The notes under the pieces are model-generated. The model did no database searches, was not told the DNA's origin, and was given only the letters and a program-made list of their open reading frames with translations. Positions 56,625-64,000 of a stretch of DNA of 64,000 nt are shown here, in pieces. The translations under genes were made by a program, and so were the position numbers. Numbering within the stretch: the first letter of the stretch is position 1; each line of letters starts with the position of its first letter. Source of the stretch: a virus; the IMG/VR virus record IMGVR_UViG_3300009136_000001, positions 1 to 64,000 of that record, one strand, 5' to 3'.

Positions 56625-58765
56625 GGAGACTTCTGAGCCTCTTTCTTCGCAATGGTGATCATGATAGTAGAACTAATCTCTTGATCAGAGAGAGGAGTTT
56701 CCAACTTCTCGTTAAAGCCATCGATCATTGCACGGATTGCTTGCAGTGGGTAACCGTTGTCTACGAGTACAAGACCATACTTCAGCAGCATGTTCGAGCG
56801 ATTGCCTTCTTCAGTCTCACGAATGAACCACTTTTCCAGAGTGGACAGGGAATCATAATTTGCGAACACAGCACTTTGCTCTTCTGCTTTCTTGGTCTTG
56901 GGAATGAAGAGAGTTGCGTCGACCAGCTCACCATTATTGTAGTGGATTTCACCAGCGTGACTTTCCCACTTACGGGCAATGTCTTTGGCAGATTCATCTA
57001 CTTCAAATGGCAGCCATTGAAATACGTTGGTCATGTAGCGTGAGTGATCACGAGCATCCAGTTTGATGTGGTGACTCAACGGCAGGATAATACGAAAGCG
57101 ATTCTTCATAGCAGTATGGCGCTTTGTAGTAGCCATCAGGTACGTATAATCTTCCAACAGGGACTGAGCTGTGTCCAGTTGGGTACCATCGTCAACGTCA
57201 AGGATCAGCAGATTGAATCCACGGATCACTTTGTCCGAGTGACGGTACTGGTCAATGAAGTGGTGGCTTGTGTAATGATAGCCAGATTGGAGTACAACCT
57301 TATCCAGTGAAGCAAAGGGTACACTCTCCGGAATGAATCCAGTAGTGATGTCTTGGCTATATGACAGGGTCATCTGATTGGTATCGGTCTCCTGTAGGGA
57401 TTCTCCTTTCAGGAATTCGATGTTGTCCAAGTAGCTACGTTGGATGATGATGTTGTTCTTGTAGCCATAGGCGACAGCCAGCGACATGAGTTCACGCTTG
57501 TGATTCTCACTACCACGATAGAACGGAAGCTCTTCAACGAGATCGACCTGCGTGACCTCACGACCTACATCAGCAATGTAGTTAGCTAACCGGGCGTAAT
57601 TCCGTTCACGGGTCATCAGCTTCGTGAAGCTATCTCCGGAATTCTCCGCAAGGAGAATAGCAGATTCCAGGTGCTCACGTTCGATGGTGTTTGCTCCGTC
57701 AACAAAGGCATACGCCCCAGCCAGTTTAAGTGCTTTGTAATACCGATGAGCTGCTTCCGCCTTTTGCACTTCTTGGTGATCACGAAAGTTGTGAGCTTTG
57801 GCGTCACCGTAAATTTTATATTCCAGGAGCAGCAGGGCTACGTCCTGACTCATGGTCAACGTCTTATTGAAGTTGGATGTGAGGCTGAGGTTCATCAGCT
57901 TGTTGCCCAGGTCTTCCATTGACTTACCGAGATCGGAAGCTGTGAGCATGTCGTACAGAGCCTGTGGATCTTCTACAGCAATGTGCTTGCTGTCACGACT
58001 GTAACCAAAGAATAGGCGACGAGCGTAACCAGTTTCCAGCATGGTAACGAATTCCTGCTCTGTCTTGTCACCATCCAGCAATTTTGCGGGAGTTCCGAAC
58101 AGCATCATGTTACAGGGGGTCTTACCCTCGATCTGCTTGTTACGGGTGTTTTCCTTGGTATTTTTGATCAATTTAGCCTTGATCTTGCCGACATCGTACA
58201 GCTCCAGGAAAGTGTTCAATGCTTCGTTGTTCCCGAGTAGATTGGATCCAACCTCATCCATTTCAAATGCCATTGATCCAGCACCTGCCATGAGCAGCTT
58301 GTGGCGCAATTGCTTGATAGCTGGGCCAGTGCCTGAGTCAAATGAGAATACCATCTCTCCTGCTTCAGCGAACTCCTTGTCTACCTTTGCTTCTTCCTCA
58401 TCAGCGTCAGTGTCGTGCTCATCACAGCGCTCCAGAGTGATCTTGGCGAGCTGGATAGTGGACAGGGACGGGAAGGTATTGTTCAGGAAGTTGTCCTGGA
58501 ATTTCTGAGTGATGTGCTCTTCCATGACGTTCGTGGAATAGCCTTTACCGGAACCGGAAGGCATCAGATTCAGTGCATACATGTTCACCGGGATTACTCC
58601 ACGGTCATGCGTCTTGATATTCGTACGCATCATGGAAGCAAGCTTCGAGAAATAATAGGCAGTCAAAATCCGGAAGAAATGAAGATTGGTGCTTTGGGTC
58701 TTTTTTGACATAACGTCAACGAGTTCTTCACTGGTTGAGTTGTGCTTATAGTTCGAAAAATCCAT
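56621..58765 (-). CDS. DNA primase (N4 gp43-like)
   Basis: SGSGKG P-loop, DEVGSNL, LILDVDDG, TTKRH..NRFRIILP, PriCT-like EGNRS C-terminus. Confidence 0.85.
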   Translation of the reverse strand: MDFSNYKHNSTSEELVDVMSKKTQSTNLHFFRILTAYYFSKLASMMRTNIKTHDRGVIPVNMYALNLMPSGSGKGYSTNVMEEHITQKFQDNFLNNTFPSLSTIQLAKITLERCDEHDTDADEEEAKVDKEFAEAGEMVFSFDSGTGPAIKQLRHKLLMAGAGSMAFEMDEVGSNLLGNNEALNTFLELYDVGKIKAKLIKNTKENTRNKQIEGKTPCNMMLFGTPAKLLDGDKTEQEFVTMLETGYARRLFFGYSRDSKHIAVEDPQALYDMLTASDLGKSMEDLGNKLMNLSLTSNFNKTLTMSQDVALLLLEYKIYGDAKAHNFRDHQEVQKAEAAHRYYKALKLAGAYAFVDGANTIEREHLESAILLAENSGDSFTKLMTRERNYARLANYIADVGREVTQVDLVEELPFYRGSENHKRELMSLAVAYGYKNNIIIQRSYLDNIEFLKGESLQETDTNQMTLSYSQDITTGFIPESVPFASLDKVVLQSGYHYTSHHFIDQYRHSDKVIRGFNLLILDVDDGTQLDTAQSLLEDYTYLMATTKRHTAMKNRFRIILPLSHHIKLDARDHSRYMTNVFQWLPFEVDESAKDIARKWESHAGEIHYNNGELVDATLFIPKTKKAEEQSAVFANYDSLSTLEKWFIRETEEGNRSNMLLKYGLVLVDNGYPLQAIRAMIDGFNEKLETPLSDQEISSTIMITIAKKEAQKSP

Positions 58766-58808
58766 TAGGAGTCCTGTGGTTTGGGGTTAATATCTCGCCG
58801 TCTAACGA

Positions 58809-59798
58809 TCAGTCTAAGTTGGCTACGCCTTGCTCGATGAACATCGCTGCCTGGTCGCAGATACCTACGACTGAGCAATACTTGCAGCGTTTTACTTGTC
58901 CTTCTACAGTGTCGATACGTCCAACACCACCTTGATCCATCATGTAAGATTCTGCAGCCAATTTGTCACTGAAATTTTTGGTTGCACGCGATACGTTCTG
59001 TGGGTTCTTGAAGTACTTGTACACATCATCAGTCTGCCACAATTCCTCTTTTGTGCATTTCGGGAGTTGGAGTTGTTCCAGTGGTAGGTTTCGGGATACT
59101 TCTTTCAGCCGGTTACGAATCCACTCTTCAGTTTCATCGTACGAGAACAGCGGGTAGGTAGCTGTCAGATATTTAGCTGCTGGGTAGTCGGGTGACTGCT
59201 TAGCTTTCACAGCAGACCAATCCGTAAAGATGTACTGAATCTCGATGGTTTCCTTGGTGATGATTTTCGGGTTAAGCCAGCGATAAATGCTACCTTGTCG
59301 GCGATAGTCATCGATGTTGGAACCGTACACGTATCCCCATACGGAAGTACTCTTGTAGTCAGACAGTTGACCACCGTATACGATATCGTATTTTCCTGAG
59401 ACAATGAAATCTTCGATCGCTTTTTCAGATCGGTTTTCCAGATAGACAGGAATCATTCCAGGCGGAAGATCACCGAGGTTATCCGGGTTGACTACAATAC
59501 GATCTTCAATGCCGAGCATTCCTTTCGCTTCAAGAGCGTTGTGGATTGCTTTTGGGTCACGCCATGCTTCCTCAGCTCCGTCATGGATAGAGCTACCCAT
59601 CCGTGAGGATATCAGCTGAGAGATGTCGATGACCTTATCAAGGTCTTTGTTCTGCCGAGCCAGTACGATCTCTCGTATGGGTTTCATCAAGCTGGTAGCG
59701 CTGATGGTATGAGGATGTGAGTTGTAGTCATACTTGTCATGGCAGAGATACACTGCGAGGGGTAGTGAGATATTGAATTTATCTTGATATACAAACAT
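58809..59798 (-). CDS. PD-(D/E)XK exonuclease (N4 gp42-like)
   Basis: SRMGSSIH, SGKYD, DYKST, C-terminal CKYCSVVGIC. Confidence 0.8.
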   Translation of the reverse strand: MFVYQDKFNISLPLAVYLCHDKYDYNSHPHTISATSLMKPIREIVLARQNKDLDKVIDISQLISSRMGSSIHDGAEEAWRDPKAIHNALEAKGMLGIEDRIVVNPDNLGDLPPGMIPVYLENRSEKAIEDFIVSGKYDIVYGGQLSDYKSTSVWGYVYGSNIDDYRRQGSIYRWLNPKIITKETIEIQYIFTDWSAVKAKQSPDYPAAKYLTATYPLFSYDETEEWIRNRLKEVSRNLPLEQLQLPKCTKEELWQTDDVYKYFKNPQNVSRATKNFSDKLAAESYMMDQGGVGRIDTVEGQVKRCKYCSVVGICDQAAMFIEQGVANLD

Positions 59799-60904
59799 TA
59801 GATTTCACCTAATAAAGTTTCGATGTCTTCAACGGAAGCATCGTTGGGAATGGTATGCATCTTGTCCCATGATTTGCCAATGTCCAGTTCAGCACCAAGA
59901 GGCACTTCTGTGGATTGGATCTTTGGATCTTCTTGCCAGCTCATCTCAGGAATGAGGTTCTGATTTAGCCAATGAATAGTCTCTGCATCTTTCCGGGCGA
60001 GGAAGTATGCCGCATCATGAATCGTATTGCACATGATAATATCATTTGCGAATTGCGAATTGCGAATAAGCTTCTCTGTTGCAATCAGAGATCGATTGAT
60101 CAGTAATCCCCAGGACTGAGTTACGGCATTGTTCGCAGACCTTCCTTCGGAAACGCAGTCATATGGGCGATAGCATGATTGATTGGGGAGGGACGACAAT
60201 GCGGGGGTTCGGAGCCGAAGACCAAAAGCGCATTCGACATATCCATTATCGATAGCAAAGTTGATATTGTCTTGTGAGAATTCCGCAATTCCTGCGTAGA
60301 GGGTATTGTAGGAATCTTCGATTGCATTGGCATCTTCTTCTGAGAGACCAATGTTTTTAACAAGCGTATAAGCTGTGCCTCCATACTGTAGAGCAAACGA
60401 TGGAGTTTTCGCATCTTGTCTCCATTTCGGATGGAGCTTGGCAATAGAGTTAATTGAATCCGGATCGTCGCTATCATATGCTCGCAATTCAATATGAATT
60501 GACGGGGAGTAGAATGCATGTGCTCGGAGTGAATGACCATCAAACCCACGAGAGAACTCTTTAATTTTGTTCGGGTCATTGGAAAGGATGGCTCCCACGC
60601 GGTCTTCAAGTGCATTTTCATCTGCTCCACAGAATACCCAGCCTTCAGGTGCTACGATAATAGACTTTACAGCCTTACCGTATTTACTGTTTGCTGGTAG
60701 GTTTTGTAAATTAGGGTCAGAGCTGGCTAATCTGCCAGACTGAGGGCCGAACTTTAAGTTACCACACAGGTAGAAAGTCCCGTCGTGCTCGAAAGAGTTT
60801 TCTCTGAACGAGGTAATGAAGGTATCCAGTATGATTGATACTTCACTGATACCGATAAGGGCTTTCAGCACCTTAGCGATTTCAATAGCTTCAGCTCTAT
60901 CCAT
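59798..60904 (-). CDS. Family A DNA polymerase, C-terminal polymerase half
   Basis: SGRLASSDPNLQN, motif A DENALEDR, motif B RQDAKTPSFALQYGG, motif C IHDA; own GAGG RBS. Confidence 0.9.
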   Translation of the reverse strand: MDRAEAIEIAKVLKALIGISEVSIILDTFITSFRENSFEHDGTFYLCGNLKFGPQSGRLASSDPNLQNLPANSKYGKAVKSIIVAPEGWVFCGADENALEDRVGAILSNDPNKIKEFSRGFDGHSLRAHAFYSPSIHIELRAYDSDDPDSINSIAKLHPKWRQDAKTPSFALQYGGTAYTLVKNIGLSEEDANAIEDSYNTLYAGIAEFSQDNINFAIDNGYVECAFGLRLRTPALSSLPNQSCYRPYDCVSEGRSANNAVTQSWGLLINRSLIATEKLIRNSQFANDIIMCNTIHDAAYFLARKDAETIHWLNQNLIPEMSWQEDPKIQSTEVPLGAELDIGKSWDKMHTIPNDASVEDIETLLGEI

Positions 60905-62417
60905 CGATGTCCTCATCTGTGAAATCAAATTGGGTCTTCAATCTCGTGAGGAGTTTGGTGAGAGTTTTCTTTCCAACAGCGGGAGCACCTGTGTCTGTAG
61001 TATCAATAGGCTCAAGCCCAAGCATCTCGTACAGAAAATACTGCTTCTGGGGATCGGAGCCAGGGTTAAAGCGAACATGGCTAAAGTCACGTAGGGATTT
61101 GAATTTCTTTTTGAGCTTGTTGTTCTTTTTTCGCTGCTCAATAAGACGGAGGTCAAAGTTGAGCATAGCATAGAGGGGAGAGCGCTGGATAATTTCGAGA
61201 TAATTTTTTAATGCCTCTTCTAATTGGGCTTGAACCGTATCCACCTGTTTTGGGTCGACAGGAAGACCTACTAACATCATTTTGAGTAGTATGCCTATGG
61301 ATGGTTGGAAGAGGTTATTATACAGGACTTGCTGTTTATCTGCGACCATTATCGGCTTAAATTTCTCTAATACGTACAACGTACAGCAGCAGTCAGTCAG
61401 GTTATATTCCAGTAATTCTGATGTAGGAATTTTGGTGATATCTTTGATATCTTCTTGGGCATAATTGCCAGCGAACTCGTATGCATTGGATTTCAAATCC
61501 AGCTTAACCATGCTGGTTGAATTCTTGGAAAGGAACGCCATGATTTGTGTACATTCGACATTTGCAAATGCATCGAGTCCTTTGTGCATGAGATCCATGT
61601 CATACACTCCTCGCATGAAAACTTCATATATTAGTATCTTGCAATCGAAAAGTGCATTATGGAAGTAGAGAATCCCACCATCAGCGCAGTAGTTCTCGAA
61701 AAACCATTGCAACATATCGTAGATGGCGAGCATTTCATTTCGTGAGCGGGAGTGGGTGACATCGATGGCTATGCCGTTGTGTTTGTCCCAGGCAAACGCT
61801 ATGGTACCTATCCCGGCTTCGTTGAAGCGTAATCCATAGGTCTCAATATCACAGGCGAGGTGAGGGTGTTCCCAGAGATAGGTCAAGGCTACGTGGATAT
61901 CTCGAAGAGTTTGTGGTACGGACATACTTTCGATTACTGGTTTGTTGAAGAGGGAATCTTCGAACAGGTAATGACGAGCGAATGAGCTGAGGGATTGGGA
62001 AAGCTGCTCTGACATGTCAGCATTGTGTTTGATAGCCATGTAGTTAATGGACATGTACACTTTGAATTGTTCATAGCCAGGGAAGACGCCCTGCTTGACT
62101 TCTCCGTGCATATTTGTAGTTTTCGTGACCTTCACAATGTACTTATAGTATGAACCGTCAGCGACAATGAGATGCTCTACCCCGGACTTTTCGAGGGTAT
62201 CGAGGCAGTCAGTGAGGTTCTGTTTGGCGACAGCTGCTGGGATACGCTTGGTATATCCGGGTAGAGCGAAGAGGATGATTTCTTCCTTGGGGATTCCTTT
62301 CTGGATGAGTGGCTCCACATAGAATTTGTGTAGCTGTGCACCGTCGAAGTGATCCTCTTTGATGAGGATAGCGATCTTGAAGGTTTGAGCCGTAGAGCTG
62401 TAGATTAGATGTTGCAT
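60897..62417 (-). CDS. Family A DNA polymerase, N-terminal half (3'-5' exonuclease and thumb start)
   Basis: ExoI CDIET, ExoII FHNALFD, ExoIII YNLTD, FNPGS..Q. Confidence 0.9.
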   Translation of the reverse strand: MQHLIYSSTAQTFKIAILIKEDHFDGAQLHKFYVEPLIQKGIPKEEIILFALPGYTKRIPAAVAKQNLTDCLDTLEKSGVEHLIVADGSYYKYIVKVTKTTNMHGEVKQGVFPGYEQFKVYMSINYMAIKHNADMSEQLSQSLSSFARHYLFEDSLFNKPVIESMSVPQTLRDIHVALTYLWEHPHLACDIETYGLRFNEAGIGTIAFAWDKHNGIAIDVTHSRSRNEMLAIYDMLQWFFENYCADGGILYFHNALFDCKILIYEVFMRGVYDMDLMHKGLDAFANVECTQIMAFLSKNSTSMVKLDLKSNAYEFAGNYAQEDIKDITKIPTSELLEYNLTDCCCTLYVLEKFKPIMVADKQQVLYNNLFQPSIGILLKMMLVGLPVDPKQVDTVQAQLEEALKNYLEIIQRSPLYAMLNFDLRLIEQRKKNNKLKKKFKSLRDFSHVRFNPGSDPQKQYFLYEMLGLEPIDTTDTGAPAVGKKTLTKLLTRLKTQFDFTDEDIDG

Positions 62418-62788
62418 TAAGCATCCGGTTTGATGGTGTGGTTCATACGACCCATAGCATATTTCGCAGCAGGTAAAAGTGTCAGTTCCATTTCCTTGTC
62501 TGTTGGCTTGACGCGCACATCATCTCCGTAACCTTCCAGTTCTTCTAATCCAGAAGTGGCAAGGATTTTGAAAAGTTTCATACCTTCTTTGTACGGAAGA
62601 ATGTACGTAGTGTATCCGATTTTTACACATACTCGTGGTGTAAGGGCAGCTTGGTTAGCCTTTCGATTAGCCTCTACCAGATCTCTGCCGGTAGTGCACG
62701 GTTGATCCAATTGTGCCAGTGAATTGAGGTTCGCCATGATTGATCCATAAAATGTTGTAAGGTTTTTTAGTTGTGATGTCGTCTGCAT
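62417..62788 (-). CDS. Hypothetical protein (start uncertain)
   Basis: TAATG-coupled to the polymerase; the long overlap with the vWA gene suggests a later start. Confidence 0.5.
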   Translation of the reverse strand: MQTTSQLKNLTTFYGSIMANLNSLAQLDQPCTTGRDLVEANRKANQAALTPRVCVKIGYTTYILPYKEGMKLFKILATSGLEELEGYGDDVRVKPTDKEMELTLLPAAKYAMGRMNHTIKPDA

Positions 62789-63815
62789 CCTCGATCTCTA
62801 AATCGGTGAAATAGATCAAGAGATCAGGTTTATGTTTATCGCAGTACGCCTCAACAGGCTTGTACGATGTGCCTCCTCCACCAGCCAATTCTAAATCCAA
62901 AATCTTACGATTTGGTTTCACAATATGGATGTTGTGAATGTCGGTATCACAATCTAATACGGTTAATTTTTTAGGGTGGTACTTCCGGCGAAGACTTTCT
63001 ATCTCCGTAAGCATTTCCTTTTGCTGATCGTCTTCGACAGAACAGCTGAGGTCGATTGCTACAACGACATCTCCGAGAGTCCTGGAACGCATAGAGGGTA
63101 GGTAGTAATCGGGAACGAATCGCTTGTTGGGTTTCCTCCAAGTAAATCCACCCTGTACTGATGCGTTGAGGTAACGATCGACAATGCGTTGCCATGGTAG
63201 TATTGGATTCAGCAATTGATCCAAGACACGTAGGACTTCTCCTGGGACTTCACCTGGGAGATTGCCCCCGGACATCTTCTGAATTACAGTGGCTCGGTGA
63301 ACGATCGTCTTCACTGCATCGATATCTTCCTGGGTTGGCTTGTCGCCGGGTTCCCCGTCACCGTCACCGAAGATGATATCAGCGAGAGCGTCGAAGTCAT
63401 CATCAGGTTCGCCTTCGTTAATGAGAATGTCATATACCTGCTCGGTAGACATCCCCCCAAACCGAACGTCATACAGTCCGATGTGAGGCATTGTGAAGCC
63501 CGCTGCGACGAGCATGAAGTTAATCACATAGTCACATGCTTTGTTCCAGATAACAGGGTTACGGTCACCACAGCGTATGTTGTGCATGAATGCAACGTGA
63601 CCTATCTCATGTGCGATCAGAAAGACTCGCATTGCATGAGTCAGAGCCATGAAAAATGAGGTGTTGTATTCGAAGCTGCGGTAGTTTGTCCTTGCTGTCG
63701 GAATGTTATCGTTCCACTTGAACGGGAGTTGTAATCCAATGTGAGCGAAAAAGGGCATCTTGCCCATGATTTCGATCTTGGCAACTCGCATTGCCTGGTC
63801 GGTATGATGTGACAT
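62667..63815 (-). CDS. Metallopeptidase-like + vWA domain protein (N4 gp25-like)
   Basis: HEIGH, WNKACDYVIN, MIDAS DLSCS, GGGGT, YFTD. Confidence 0.85.
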   Translation of the reverse strand: MSHHTDQAMRVAKIEIMGKMPFFAHIGLQLPFKWNDNIPTARTNYRSFEYNTSFFMALTHAMRVFLIAHEIGHVAFMHNIRCGDRNPVIWNKACDYVINFMLVAAGFTMPHIGLYDVRFGGMSTEQVYDILINEGEPDDDFDALADIIFGDGDGEPGDKPTQEDIDAVKTIVHRATVIQKMSGGNLPGEVPGEVLRVLDQLLNPILPWQRIVDRYLNASVQGGFTWRKPNKRFVPDYYLPSMRSRTLGDVVVAIDLSCSVEDDQQKEMLTEIESLRRKYHPKKLTVLDCDTDIHNIHIVKPNRKILDLELAGGGGTSYKPVEAYCDKHKPDLLIYFTDLEIEDADDITTKKPYNILWINHGEPQFTGTIGSTVHYRQRSGRG

Positions 63816-64000
63816 TAGACAAACAATTCAATTGCGTGCTTGGCTTTCCAGGTTTGGATGTGGGGATTGCTGAACATGCCCGGATCTTTGTGGACGATAT
63901 CTTTGATGGTGAATACTTGGAACTCTTCTTGCATCCGTTCCATGTAGGTAACCAGATCCTCTATGTTACTACTATCACCTTTGTTGGCGATGAGTGATCC
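63815..64000 (-). CDS. C-terminal end of an N4 gp24-like AAA ATPase (partial)
   Basis: Open frame ...YMERMQEEFQVFTIKD...WKAKHAIELFV*, TAATG-coupled to the vWA gene. Confidence 0.6.
   Translation of the reverse strand, partial: GSLIANKGDSSNIEDLVTYMERMQEEFQVFTIKDIVHKDPGMFSNPHIQTWKAKHAIELFV

Noticed and set aside
60890-60930. Intron, intein or programmed frameshift at the polymerase split
   Set aside because: No intervening sequence, intein termini or clear slippery site; a separate RBS and ATG are present
1-64000. Alternative genetic code, CRISPR array, integrase or IS
   Set aside because: Core genes are intact in the standard code and end in all three stops; no suppressor tRNA, spacer array, integrase or transposase recognised

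Overview
The window is most of an N4-like podovirus (Schitoviridae) genome, in reverse orientation relative to the usual N4 map. The + strand (195-49323) carries the late operon: gp69-like protein, large terminase, a 24 kb expanded tail/appendage and lysis region, portal, scaffold-like gp57, major capsid, gp55-gp51 and a 3235-aa virion RNA polymerase with no Cys seen by eye. The - strand (49318-64000) carries four tRNAs, small accessory ORFs and the replication module (RuvC-like resolvase, SSB, AAA ATPase, primase, PD-(D/E)XK nuclease, a two-gene family A DNA polymerase, vWA/metallopeptidase and the end of a gp24-like ATPase). The early/RNAP II region lies outside the window. Spanins imply a Gram-negative host. 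Most notable: (1) a staphylococcal-nuclease-like domain with all catalytic residues at the N-terminus of the virion RNAP; (2) fibre proteins with matching N-terminal IRIKR..GE and C-terminal DGGxF motifs, suggesting head-to-tail assembly; (3) two SPOUT-like methyltransferases, an amidoligase and a sulfotransferase next to a dATP/dGTP diphosphohydrolase; (4) two shrunken tRNAs plus an HDV-topology pseudoknot in front of the tRNA cluster; (5) two strand-specific DNA hairpins with tandem G.A pairs and GNA triloops. All assignments come from motif recognition by eye. No database searches were run.
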